Part shown: one piece after another, positions 39,921-53,978 of the stretch | Layout: each line of letters starts with the position of its first letter | Position numbering within the stretch: position 1 is the first letter of the stretch | Assembly (NCBI GenBank): GCA_951406725.2 | Contig: OX597822.1 | Location: forward strand, 57,970,001 to 58,034,000 | Length of the DNA stretch: 64,000 nt | Source of the DNA: Octopus vulgaris | Taxonomy: Eukaryota | Direction: 5' to 3' | Position numbers and translations under genes: made by a program | The notes under the pieces: model-generated | What the model saw: only the letters and a program-made list of their open reading frames with translations | Database searches by the model: none | What the model was told of the DNA's origin: nothing

Positions 39921-40170
39921 AAGATAGTAATGGAACGGACAACTCCATTCATAAATTTCTCTTCTGAAAACTTTCAAATATGTATTTTGTTTACTTTTCG
40001 AAATGAAATGGTGTTGAGAAATAGCTACAAGAAAACAAAGTGGGTTTTTTTTTAATGTTTGCCCCACCCCCACCCTTTATGGTCCCCAATATCGCAGGTT
40101 TATACCTACACCGCTTTCCTGAAATTATTACGTGTACACTTGCTTACTATTTCTCATGTGGATATTTTTT

Positions 40171-40204
<34 letters not shown>

Positions 40205-41413
40205 ATTACAAAAATTGAACATTAACCAAAGAAAGGATTCATCGCAAGTGTATACAGTCAAATATCTGTAATAGTTTTTGTCTTCGAAGTTTCGCCAGCA
40301 GTTGGCTTCGTTAGCCCGACGAAGCCAAATGCCAGCGAAACTTCTAAGTCAATATGTATGTGCGCACGCGCGCGTGTATAAAACTACAAATACCGTTCAT
40401 TTTAAAACAGGGAAAAAACTCCCGAGTACCTACTAATATAGACCCAGCTTTAAATAATATTCCATTTAATTTTAGCTAACAGCTTTGATTACATTTTCGT
40501 GGTGTGAGAAACCTCCATCAACTGCAATATACACATGCTCGTAAATACATACACATTCACATGTCATTGATCTCATTTGTTCTATGTACACAAAGCACTA
40601 AAAATCCCATACAACCCAAAAATAACGGTAATGTTCCGCTTCGTTGGCAAGAAACCGACTTGGTCAAAACTAAAGGGAATTTACGCTGAGTGTGTCAGGC
40701 CGAGCTGTCGGTAATTCTCTGAAGGGAAACAAATAAAAAGAGGCCGTGCCCTAAGTATCACCTACCTATATTTTCTTATCGCACCACAAAACCACACCGT
40801 CTAATTTTTAAACTTCAGCTCTGGTAAAAACAGACTTTCCAGTCGCGACCATCCCGTTTTTAAGTGTATCTGTGATTACAATAGTCAATCTAGTGCGATT
40901 TGATCGAGATTTTGCTACTATTTCTAGCTTAAATGTTTCCTTGTTGTCTCGTGTGCGTGTGTGATTTGACTAAAAACTTATATTAACAATTCTCGTTTGT
41001 AAATTCAGTTGTCTATATATGACTGAGTATGCTCGCATAATAAAGAAGATGCGTATCGAATAAATATGTTTTGATTATTAAGTTTCAAAATCTTTTCAGC
41101 CCTAAAAATACGCATCAAAGTCTCATTTTTTTTTCTTTAATATGGGAGATTTTCCTATCATCCCACCCCTACTTTTGTTTCAAACGACATATTAAAACGT
41201 TGAAGGCTGGATGGCATGAACCGAAATTTCTTCTATAATAAATTTCTTGACATTTTTGAAGGGGAAGTCTCCGAAACATCTAAGAAAATATAAAATAAAA
41301 AATTAATGTTTGAGTCGTGCACAATACACTTACGAGTCAGTTTTGATATCAGAAATTAGTATAACTTCTTGAGTCATCCCATAATTTAGTTTTATATATA
41401 CACACACACACAC

Positions 41414-41444
<31 letters not shown>

Positions 41445-42374
41445 CATACACACATATATATACATACATACATACGATATATATATATATAGACAATCAT
41501 ATATATATATACGCACACATATATGTAGAGAGAGAGAGATACATATTTAAATCCATACCATGGTTTCATGTAGGTATCAAGGTGGATAACAGACAACTGT
41601 TCAGTAGTTTCTTAATTATTACACATAAAATAATAAACAAGCATGTATACCCGCGCTATGTGTGTGTTGTACCAACAAATTTACAAAACATTTAGATATC
41701 TTGCAATTTTCATTCAAATCATGTATGTGTGTAAAAAGATACACATACACTCATATCTACAACAAAAGAAGTCATTGATATAAGTACTAGAATCCGAAAA
41801 GGTAATATATACACATATATATATAGTGAAGATAAAACACTTTTGAGTGACCTACCGTACACTAAACTACAATCACTAGTTCTACTGTATCTCAAACCTT
41901 AAAAAAAATTTTCCATAAAATAATTTATCTCCCTATCTAACACACATATATATATATATGTGCATGCACACAGAGTCAAGCACGTTTTGAGTTAAAATAG
42001 TCAGCGGCTTAATAAGCCTTGGTACACACGTGTGTATTTTCGGGGAGACAAATGAGGTTACAACTTGACGGCTTTCTTTGCATGATGAAGGCAAAGAAAT
42101 TACAGGGAGACGAAAATAAAAATTGCAATTTCTGGCGTTTTAGCTCTAAACCGATTCCTCAGTCTGTATGAAGCAGTTAATAAAACTTAGTCACATAGGC
42201 GGAATGCAATGTGTACGTGTGTTCGGCAGAATGAGAGTAAATGAAGAGAGGCAAGCAAACAAAATCAGGAGTGACAGAGGATTAAAAACGATACGGAGAA
42301 AAAGAAAAGTAGATATCAAAATATATCAAGTAGTTTTAGAATAAATATGAAGATTCTATAAACAGCATACTTAC

Positions 42375-43200
42375 CGCTTTATAAATTTAGCACGCTTTAT
42401 AGATTTTAGCCCGCTTTAGATTCAGCCAATATTATGAAAGAGAGAAAAATATATGTGGGGAAAGGAACAAAAATAAAGTAAACTAAAGTGTTGTTCAGCG
42501 AGTGGAATATTCAGCACTTGGTGTGATCGTTCTTTTTGCTTTTACATGCTATTTTCTTTTGTTTTGGTAATCATATATGATTAATGTTAGTCCGTTATTT
42601 GTTTCAATATATTGTTACGATCTTTTAGGTAGGGTTTTTTTTCATTAAAAATAAATGAAAAGAGAAAGAAAAGACAGTCAAGCAGCTAATGCACGTAGGT
42701 CTCAGATGCTATTTTCGCGCGCTGCGTTGCGACGACGTATCTACAAAGAAACGGAGATGACAAGAGAACATAACTCTTTGGAGTGGCGTAACCCTAAAGT
42801 ATAAACAAAAAGAAGAAAATAAACACTGTCCGAAATTAATAATAAGTTAGGGGATAACAAATTAGTAACAAGCAAGTAAAATAAACCAAATAAAATTTGT
42901 AAAAATTACGTTGATTCCAGCTCAGTTTACTTTCTTCTCGTAAATGAAAAACTGCTCGTTAGTTCTTCTTTCTTTCGGTGAAACTGATGATATACCACAT
43001 ACAAAGTGCAACTTCAACAAACTAACAAATATTCATAAAAATTACACACAAATGATTAAGATGTGTTTTGATTAAAATGTGACTATTTCTGAAGCTCTTC
43101 AATAACGATTATCATCATAACTGTTTTGTGTTCTGCTTTGTCGAAGAAAGACAGGATGGCGGAACTAATTTCAGCTAAGGGCACATAACTCTTTGAATGC
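42375..43200 (-). promoter_or_regulatory. Candidate non-coding first exon and promoter of the zinc-finger gene
   Basis: Consensus donor GCG|GTAAGTAT at 42374 (minus strand) in repeat-poor, CpG-retaining DNA (e.g. TTCGCGCGCTGCGTTGCGACGACG near 42715). YY1-like GATGGCGG near 43155. The upstream boundary is a guess. Confidence 0.45.
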
Positions 43201-45867
43201 TCAGCACTGATGATTAACTACGCCATAAATATCACGTTTATATTATATTTATTCACCTTTCTTGTTTTTTTTTCCATGTTCAAATTTATATTTTTTCCGT
43301 TTTCCATTCCTCTAATAAATACTAAATCTGGTTTATTGTTTTGTTTTGTTTTTTTAATAATTTCTTAGTTTAGCGACATAAGACAAATGCAATATGCCAA
43401 TATCTTGAAACACATGTCAGTAATTGATTTACTGCACACGTATCATTTATTTATAATTACCAATTTGATGATTTTTGTTCTAAAACAAAACCAAGCTCAA
43501 TACCTAACTTTATGCTAACTTAATATTTTGATAGAATAGTGTTAAGTTATTGATTTTTAATTCAGATTTCTTGGCATTGTTGCAATTTGGAACTTCTCAA
43601 TGAATTAACAGCAAATTAGTTATTTTATGTTGTATATAAGTCAAGTTTAAATTAATTAATGAAAGCATTTTAATTAAATTTATGAATGCTTATCAATAAA
43701 TTTAAAAAATATTAATAATAAGCATGATGATGATGTTTTATATGGGTTAAGTTCAAACCTAATTATGAAGGTCGGAGAGTATATGATTGACTTAATGAAG
43801 CATACTCTTATTTTAATACATATTCATTTGCTTCAAGGAATTAAAATATTAATGTTGGTTTCCTGCTATATACACTGTTGATCTCTGATTTTTAAGAGCA
43901 TTTTTTTTTTTCGCCACTGAAAAGAGTCAAGACTTTTCAGATCCATCCAGACTGATGAGGTCGTGCAACTAATACTCAGTTTCAAAACCACTCCACTCAA
44001 CTTTAGTTTTTATTATTTTTAGTTAAGTTATATATATAAGAAAAAAGCAAGAAAATAATCTCATCAATATGATTAGTGTCACCTCATCTCTCCTTCCCAA
44101 AAAACGAAGTGAATTTTGATCCCAGTTGTCTTTCGAAACGAACAATAAACAGGAACCATGCTATAACCTTCTCGCTGGAACGAGCTTATCGACTGGCGAC
44201 ATGAAACTACAACATGGCTGCGAATTACAGTCGGGACCGTTTCATATCGCTTCGCTAATGCACTTGTGAATAAATATAAGCACCATAGCTTTTCGTTTCC
44301 CTGAAACTTTGCGGCCTAAGCAGAAAATCAATATTAGTATTACGAAAGAGTGAGAGAAGAAAAGAATATGAGAAATTTGTACCTAAAATAAACGAAAGTT
44401 TATGTTCTAAATAATTTTTAGTTTTGATTTTGCTTCTTTTTTATTCTTTTACAAAAGCATAAATAATCACCTATTAGCTGGCTAAATATTTTTATTTAAT
44501 AAAATCTCTGCATGTTTAAACGTAAGCCCCGAATGAAAAATAAACAAAACGCTGCTGCTTCTACTTAAACAGAACAACACATTTGAAACAGCAGCAACCT
44601 ACGCGTATAAATCTATATGAAACAGCAGTAGAGTAGCCAGTAAAACGGTTTCATTTGAATGCACCTCTACTACCCCCAAGTTTTGTGGGAATTTTACAAA
44701 TTCCATTTATTGTTCTTTATTTGTTGCACTCGAATGAAGCTACCTTTACGCCTTGTGCCTGAACGAGTAAAATATTTTTACCGTTATAATTTCAGTGAAT
44801 GAATACTACATATTTCACCGACTGAGCTCGACTTCTCGTCTTTTATACAACTTACATACGTGCACTATTTATAATTAATTATTTTCTATATTATGAAGCA
44901 TTTTCTCCCTTTTTGTGTGCGTTGCTGTCGTATTGGTGTTCCAGTAATAAAAATACATATATTTTTTGTGGTTTGTAAATAAAGCAGAAAACAGACAAGA
45001 ATTACGTGTGTCATCACACTACACGTAATTTTCAAGCAAGCGAAATGTGGGATGGCGGTTTCGATTTGTGATAGAAGCGAAATTTTTTTTTTTTTTTTTT
45101 TTTGTATACTTAGATATAGCACTAGATGTGAGAGAGACTACGTAGATATTCGACCTGCTAGAAATAGCAGGGAAATCTCGCTTAAAATACAATATCGTCT
45201 TAAAAAAAAGATGTAAAGTGTCACGACTCGAATGCCTTTGACATTAAGTCTGCTCAATTAAAAACTAACTTGTTACAAAGAGCAGCTACTGAATGTAATA
45301 TGCACAATGCATTATACTGAGGAAAGCGAGAAATAAAGGGCAGTAATCCTCAATTATACTTTTATTCTGATCATATTTGTCAATGAAACCTCTTTCAAAT
45401 ATTTATTGTCTCTTAACATAGCTTTATAATTATTAATTATTCAGTGTAAAGATTCTATAGTGCTCTATACTTGTTTAGCCCTAGGTCAACTTGATCGAGC
45501 TGAACAATAATGAAAATCTTTCCACCTGTTAAACCTCGTCTTTTTGTATATTTAGACTTTGTCCTATGTGTCCTCTGTTAATGACGTTTGGGAGATTTAG
45601 TTGCTGTTTCTAGCAAGACGAGATGCAGCATAGACTTGTATTTTTTTATGTGCTTTACATTCTAAGTCCTAGTTATTCTTTTTAACACGTGATCAACTCT
45701 GATCAAGCGAATCCCTGTTCAAAAGTATTCCATCTATGACCATCCTGTCTTTTTCTTTGTACCTGGAATTCAGGAACCTGTCATCCAACATGTCTCTTTT
45801 TAATCTTTAATTTCTCAAGTCTCCAAATTGGGAGACTTGAGAAATTTTGTAAATATTTGATATAGAC

Positions 45868-45914
<47 letters not shown>

Positions 45915-46045
45915 GTAAATTTATCGACACCGGAAGGATAAAAAGCAAAGTCGACCTCGGCGGAATTTGAACTCAGAACGTAAAGACCCGGTAGAAATAA
46001 CGTTAAACATTTGGTCCTACGCAATAACGATTCTGTCAGCTCACC
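45915..46045 (-). mobile_element. Meta-type SINE with CpGs intact, next to (TAA)n
   Basis: Minus strand reads GAGTTCAAATTCCGCCGAGGTCGACTTTGCTTTTTATCCTTCCGGTGTCGATAAA. Confidence 0.8.
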
Positions 46046-46742
46046 GTTTTCAATAAGCGTGTGAATCATCTAAATTGTATACATATTCAATAGATTACAT
46101 GGCATCCTGTTTAAGTGTAGTATTAGCACAGACGTATACAAGTTGATCAGACTACACGGGTCCAAGTGCACTAAAATCTAATAAGATCTAAGTTGATCGA
46201 AATGGCGATAATTCTGTCGTCACACACTCTTTCTGTCCCTCTTACCTTCCTGTCAGTCTCTAGAGGTTTTAATCTAAAAAGAAATTAGAACAGAACTAAA
46301 TATATCATGATAAATGATTTTCTTACGAACAATTACAATATATAATTTACTGACTGGTGATATTCATGAAACTAGGCCGATTAAGAGATAGATTAAGATA
46401 TTTGGCATGCAGGTATTTTCGAAAGTATTTAACCGAGTTGGTGAACCAAATGTGGCTTAAAGACACAGTTCTTCCCTTATCATGAGATTCATACTTACGT
46501 TATGATACTTGAGTATTTGCACCGTGTGGTGTGTAGATATTCTCTATATAGCCATTTATAAATTTTTTAACAGATTCGTCACTGAGACAGTATGTTATGC
46601 AACAGATGATGCAAATGAAGTTGGGTGGGTTGTAACAACGTGCAGATGTAAACAAATACAAACTTTATTCTATAAACGAAGACGCGAATTTGCATTTCAG
46701 TATACTTGCATGTAGTCTCATATACGCACACACACTTTTATT

Positions 46743-47730
<988 letters not shown>

Positions 47731-47989
47731 CTCTATTTACTCCTATAAAGTCACGCTTTTTTAACGTAACTTATCGAAATACAGGGGTGCGACTTATACC
47801 GGAATGCAACTTATACATTTATAATTACAGTGTGTGTGTATGTGCGCACGCGTATGTTTGCATGTGTGTGCGTGTTTGATGAGTGCCGCACACGAAACTC
47901 AGGGCGCTCAAGACATTTTTATAAATTACTGTTGATTTAAAAATTATAAACAGTTGTACATTGACTTCTATTCATCCCCACCATCCTAA

Positions 47990-48305
47990 TAAAGCTATGG
48001 CTGTGCGGGAAGTAGTTTGCTCCCCAATCACATGAATTCTGAGGTTCAGTCCCACTGCATGACACCTTGGGCAGGTGTCTTCTACTATAGTTCTGGGATG
48101 ACCGAAGTCTTGTGAGTAGATTTGGTAGACGAAAACTGAAAGAAACCCGTTGTATGTATGTATGTGTGGTGCTGGTGTATTTGCGTCCTCGTAAGCTAGC
48201 AGTTCGGTACAATAGGCCAATAGATAAAGTACTGGGGTCCATTCGGTCGACTAAAATTTCTTCGAATTTGTGTCCCAGCATGGCCGCTATCTAATGACTG
48301 AAACG
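47990..48305 (+). mobile_element. CORE-type SINE
   Basis: TGGCTGTGCGG head, GGTTCAGTCCC, CACCTTGGGCAGGTGTCTTCT, CCAGCATGGCCGC tail. Confidence 0.8.
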
Positions 48306-48336
48306 AAATATGTATACCCACAGAGAGATATATATG

Positions 48337-48394
<58 letters not shown>

Positions 48395-49347
48395 AATAAG
48401 ATGTTTTTTACAGTTAAAATATTTTAACATAGCCTCATAAAGCGCATAGTTTATTAATGGCGACGGACTGTCCATGTGTGGATGAGCCGGTCATGTGCTG
48501 TAAGCATTAAGTGGTAGGCTCACAATGAAAAACAGAGCAGGGTGTTGTAAACGACGTTTGTTTCATATATTCCGCTAATATCATTTCGAAAATACATTCA
48601 TGTCACACGCTCACACATATGAAATCTATGTGTTGATGTTCGTTATTATTTGTTTAGTGACTCAGACATTAGTTCAATGAACCTATGCAAACGATGGAAC
48701 ACACACATACACACTCCTTACTGTAATAAGTCTAAATGAAAGGCAAATTATTCTGCCTCTTCGATACGATATTATATGTTTCGAAGTTCAACTCGCATTA
48801 ACGTTGTTTGCCATTGACTCATAAACAATACGCATATTAAGATGATTATACCAGTTCAACATCAAAATATTAGCTAGTCAGTGTATTATACATTAAAATT
48901 TAAACATGTTTATTATAAAAATATGGAAATAACGGTTTATATTTAATAATTTTAATTTTTATCCTTAGTAGGTTTGGCGTATTTTCCTTATCCAGACCGT
49001 ACCGCTCTGCCAAGTGTGTGTGCGTGTGCATGTCTTTGTGCTTATCCCCACCATCGCTTGACAACTGGTGCTGGTTTGTTAACGTCCCTGTAATTAGAGG
49101 TTCGGCATAAGACACCAACAGTCAGTACACCTGAATTTAGAAATTAAAGTACTGGAATCGATTTGTTCTACTAAACATTTGATGGTGATGCTCCAGCATG
49201 GCGACCACCGAATGACTGAAACATATATACGTATATATATATCACGTGACACGTGACCGACCAGACCATCAGATGTTGTTACACATCGCTGGTCACAATG
49301 CGTTCGCATTGTTTTAGCCTTTGAATGACGCTGGCTAAGCGAGCAGG

Positions 49348-49389
<42 letters not shown>

Positions 49390-50489
49390 TCCGTAGTCTA
49401 TGAACTTTTTAAATATATATTTTTTCTTTCAAATTACATAAACGTGACACATTAAATAAAAAACAGAAACGAAGTATTTATTATTTATATCAAGAATATA
49501 ATTGCTTACAAAATTGCTTTTTTATACGAAATAAAAAACCAAATCGTGCACCACGTGTGCTGGATAACTAATAGATAGTTGGTCATAAGGTAAATGCACT
49601 AAGAAGGAATGAACAAAACACTTTAAAAATACAGAAACAAAAAAGAAACCTTATGCATTTTCAAATAAAAGAAAATAATTTTAATATTAAACAAAAATTT
49701 AGTTGACGTTCACTTCAGAAATGCCGCCGTCGAATTGCAAACTAGTGTAATATTGACGGTTTTCAACTGAACAATTTTTAAAGGGCGATTAATTTGTATG
49801 CCGTCATTTCGATGTATACAGCCGTCAGTAACAATCGAAAATCGAGTATGGCTTTGTATCATTGGTGGTGGTTAATACGTGTATATATACATATATGTAT
49901 TTACACACATCAGCAGGCACTATGCCTTTCATTCATGTTTTCTCGGTACCTACGTAGAAGAAAGTAAATACAGAAACATTACCATATATACACACACCCA
50001 CTCTCGCAATTGACTTATTGGAACGTCCAAGGAGTCACAGATGAAAAGAGAGAGAGTGAGTGAAAGTTGTATGTCAGCAACTGACAAGTGCTTTATTTAC
50101 TTATTTTTTTCGGCGCCAGGAAGATAAACAATAAAGTTGACCATCGCAAACTTTGAATCAGAACACTTACCACAAGGCATAAACGTAATAATAAACTAAA
50201 GGAAACGTTAATATATTTACAAACACACACACTATGTATGTATGTATGTATGTATGTCAAACGACGGAAGAGCTCAGGAACAGTCAATGGCCATCAAACA
50301 ATATATGTACAAGTGTAAGTATGCATGTATGTAGGCGCGGGGACGTGGAAATACCTGCGTAGGTGTCCAGGCATGCGGTTGGCCCACTGGTAGTGGGAGG
50401 CCCTTCTATTGTCAAAACATCTCCCTTGGTGAGGGAAACTCTGAGAAACCAGTGATACTGAAAATATTCGATGATGTAGATTAAATTCC

Positions 50490-51560
50490 ATCACACTCCA
50501 GGGGAAGAAACTAGAAGTAGTTGGTAGTTTCCGCTACCTAGGTGACCAAGTTAGTAGTGGAGGTAGATGCTCAGAGATTGTCACCACTAGAATACGAATA
50601 GCCTGGGCAAAGTTTAGAAAGCTCCTACCCCTATGGGTGACAAAGGGTCTCTCAGTTAGAGTGAAAGGTAGATTGTATGATGCATGCGTGCGAACCGCCA
50701 TGCTTCACGGTAGTGAAACATGGGCTGTGACTGCAGAGGACATGCGTAGACTTGAAAGAAATGAAGCTAGCATGATCCGCTGGATGTGTAATGTCAGTGT
50801 GCACACACAACAGAGTGTAAGCGCCCTGAGAGAAATGCTGGACATAAGAAGCATCAGATGTGGTGTGCAAGAGAGATGTTCGCGCTGGTATGGTCATGTA
50901 CTGCGGATGGATGAGGAGAGATGTGTGAAGAAGTGCCACTCCCAATCAGTTGAAGGTATCAGGGGGAGAGGTAGACCCAGGAAGACATAGGATGAGGTAG
51001 TCAAGCATGACCTTTGAACATTGGCCTCACAGAGGCAATGACGAAAGACTGAGATCTCTGGAGATATGCTGTGACTGCAAAGACCCGGGCTGCTTCCTGC
51101 ACCAGTTTTGCATAGCCCCAGCCCATCCAAAGTTCCTTGGATTGCAGATCGACCTACTGTGCTTACCTTGGATCGTAGGGAGACCTGCTGTGCTTGAGGA
51201 GACCTATTGAGTTAAGTACATCAATATCAAAATAAATATCAATGGAAATTGTAGTTACGATACCTGTGTCGACGGCACGTAAAAAGCACCATCTGAACGT
51301 GGCCGATGCCAGCACCGCCTTGACTGGCTTCTGTGATGGTAGCACGTAAAAGGCACCAACCGATCGTGGCCACTGCCAGCCTCCTCTGGCACCCACTACA
51401 CTCATGGAGTGGTTGGCGTTAAGAAGGGCATCCAGCTGTAGAAACACTGCCAGATCAGACTGGAGCCTGGTGCAGCCTCTTGGCTTCCCAGACCCTGGTC
51501 GAACCGTTCAACCTGTGCTAGCACGGAAAATGGACGTTAAACAATGATGATGATGATGAT
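50490..51560 (+). mobile_element. 5'-truncated RTE LINE
   Basis: FRYLG and HGSETW..RGRGRPRKT (ORF 50637-50990), 3' UTR, (TGA)n tail. Confidence 0.92.
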
Positions 51561-51966
51561 GTTGTCCATGTTCAGAGAGTGCAAGTCCTTTCCTCACAAT
51601 AAAAATAATCATCATGCACAGGCATCACTTGACAAACGGCAAGACCTATTATTAAAATGGCTAGTCATAGCCTTTGCAATTGTGGGACTTTCGATCAGGT
51701 GATGGCAATACTCAAACACGAGTTTGCAGCCATCATATATGTATGTATGCATGCATCTCTATCTCTCACTGTGTGTGTGTATACACACATATATTACATA
51801 TATATGAATACATACATATATATTGAAAGATACAGATAAGGAAATAATTTTATTCTCAACTACCCGAATTACAAATTCTTCTGCAAATTTAGTATATATA
51901 ACATATGATAGTGTCTTATAAAGCTAGATTTATATATCCTAAATTTGCAAAAGAATTTGTCATTTG

Positions 51967-52041
51967 GGCAGTTTAGCTTAATGGTAAAGCACTTGATGCA
52001 TAATCACAGGGATGTGAGTTTGAGTCTCTTGGTTGGCTGCC
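51967..52041 (+). pseudogene. tRNA-like sequence within an inverted-repeat element
   Basis: GGCAGTT/GGCTGCC acceptor stem, GCTT-AATGGTA-AAGC D arm, TGA-TGCATAA-TCA anticodon arm, GAG-TTTGAGT-CTC T arm. Imperfect spacing argues against a functional tRNA. Confidence 0.65.
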
Positions 52042-52476
52042 GAAAGATTTTTCTGCAAAATATGGATAGTTGATCCTGCTCATGCTATATTATTAGCATT
52101 ATCCTGTGTTTGAGAATAGAATTATTTCCTTATCTGTATCTTTTGATACATCTCAACGCTTCTAAAGCAAACTTTGTTTGTTGACTTTCAATATATATAT
52201 ATATTATATATATATATATATAAATATAGATAAATGGATATATATATATATAATATATATATATATACAAAATAAGAAAATGGAGAAACACATCTTAATC
52301 AATGATCAACTACCAGATAATACCCAATCACATAATTTATTAAACCACGACATATGAACATTAAGGTCAAACATAATAATATAGAACAAAACAATGTACA
52401 TGAAAGAGTAATATGATACAATAAGTACAGTATGTATAAGTGAATATAAATAAATACAAATATAAATATAAACTAC

Positions 52477-52603
52477 ATCTTACAGCTGTTTTGGCCATGC
52501 AGATATGGGTGTCTCATTATGCTCATATTAGCCATGTGTGATAGGTCAATATGTAGTTATAAATGAGACACTTACAAAAATATCCCAAGGCCTCTTCAGA
52601 GAT
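52477..52603 (-). ncRNA. Decayed type I hammerhead ribozyme (G12 mutated)
   Basis: Minus strand: ATCT CTGAAGA GGCC..GGCC AAAAC AGCT GTA AGAT. Confidence 0.75.
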
Positions 52604-53167
52604 TATGAAATACAAACTAAATTAAATATGAATATCAGATGAGGTACACCCATACAAGAGTGGGTACATACCCATAATATATAATATACACATACATATG
52701 AGTGCATATACCCATACTCCTATACATATATATATACATATACATAATAATATAAATCAATCTACATACATATGTTCTATATTCAATGTTACAGTTGGTC
52801 AACATAATATTATGATATTACAATGTAGAAAATATACACATATTCATATTCAAATGCAGATATACAAAGTCAAGAGTACATTATATTAAGTTACAAAATG
52901 TCATTAATATTAACAACATTACTATTATCATTACCACTATTACTACTAATATCATTATTATTATTATTAATAACATTAATACCAGCAAAACAATATATGC
53001 ATCACACGGTTAGCAACATAATAGCAAGAACAACAACAACAATAATACTACAGTACTATGCAAAGCATTAAAGATCAGCATATACATATAAAATGAAAAA
53101 TAAAAACATTGGTTTACATGATATTAAGTTCCACAAGTGTATAAATGTACATGCGAGTGCAGGCCAT

Positions 53168-53577
53168 AAGAAAAGAAAATGGAGGTAAGGAAGTTAAAAA
53201 TTATTTATTATTAACAAATTGGTCATCTTGTCTTCTTACAGCCGTTTCAATTAATACTCAAAAATTCAATTACAAATTTGTACATTAAATTTACATTTAT
53301 GTACCATTAGTGTAATTTCATTAGAGAAAGAAAAAGATGTACCTGTGGATGTTATATGTGGGCCTTTCAATTCATCTCACCAGGCTCTGATAGGCCCACG
53401 TATATAATTCCAAAGGTACTGCTTTGTTTTTTCTCTGAAGAAATTGTACTCTTGTCATGTAAATATAAATTTAATGTACAAATTTGTAATTAAATTATTG
53501 AGTATTAATTGAAATGGCTGCAAGAAGTGAAGATGACCAATTTGTTAATTCTTAATTTCCTTATTTCCATTTTCTTT
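53168..53577. mobile_element. Fold-back element with a hammerhead motif in each arm (53233-53328 minus, 53431-53526 plus)
   Basis: Imperfect inverted arms of about 190 bp. Arms read TTCT CTAATGA AATT..AATT GAAAC GGCT GTA AGAA and TTCT CTGAAGA AATT..AATT GAAAT GGCT GCA AGAA. Confidence 0.8.
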
Positions 53578-53599
53578 TTTTTTAAATGGATATCTAAAC

Positions 53600-53968
53600 T
53601 GAGTGGCTGTGTGGTAAGAAGCTTACTTCCCAACCACATGGTTCCAAGTTCAGTCCTACTGCGTGGTACCTTGGGCAAGTGTCTTCTGCTATAGCCTTGA
53701 GCTGAGCAAAGCATTGTGAGTGGATTTGGTAGATGGAAACTGAAAGAAGCCCGTCGTATATATATCTATATGTATATATATGTCTGTGTTTGTTTCCCCA
53801 CCATCGCTTGACAACCAATGCTGGTGTGTCTCCGTTCCTGTCACTTAGTGGTTCGGCAAAAAGAACTGATAGAAAAAATACTAGGCTTACAAAGTCCTGG
53901 GGTCGATTTTATTTGACTAAAGGTGGTGCTCCAGCATGACCACAGTCAAATGACTGAAACAAGTAAGA
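53600..53968 (+). mobile_element. CORE-type SINE, near full length
   Basis: GAGTGGCTGTGTGGTAAGAAGCTT head through to the CAAATGACTGAAACAAGTAAG tail. Confidence 0.85.
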
Positions 53969-53978
53969 GGGTATATAC

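Noticed and set aside
43945-44000. CTGATGA as a hammerhead core (also 33867, 42984, 43207)
   Set aside because: No stem II, GAAA and NUH arrangement follows.
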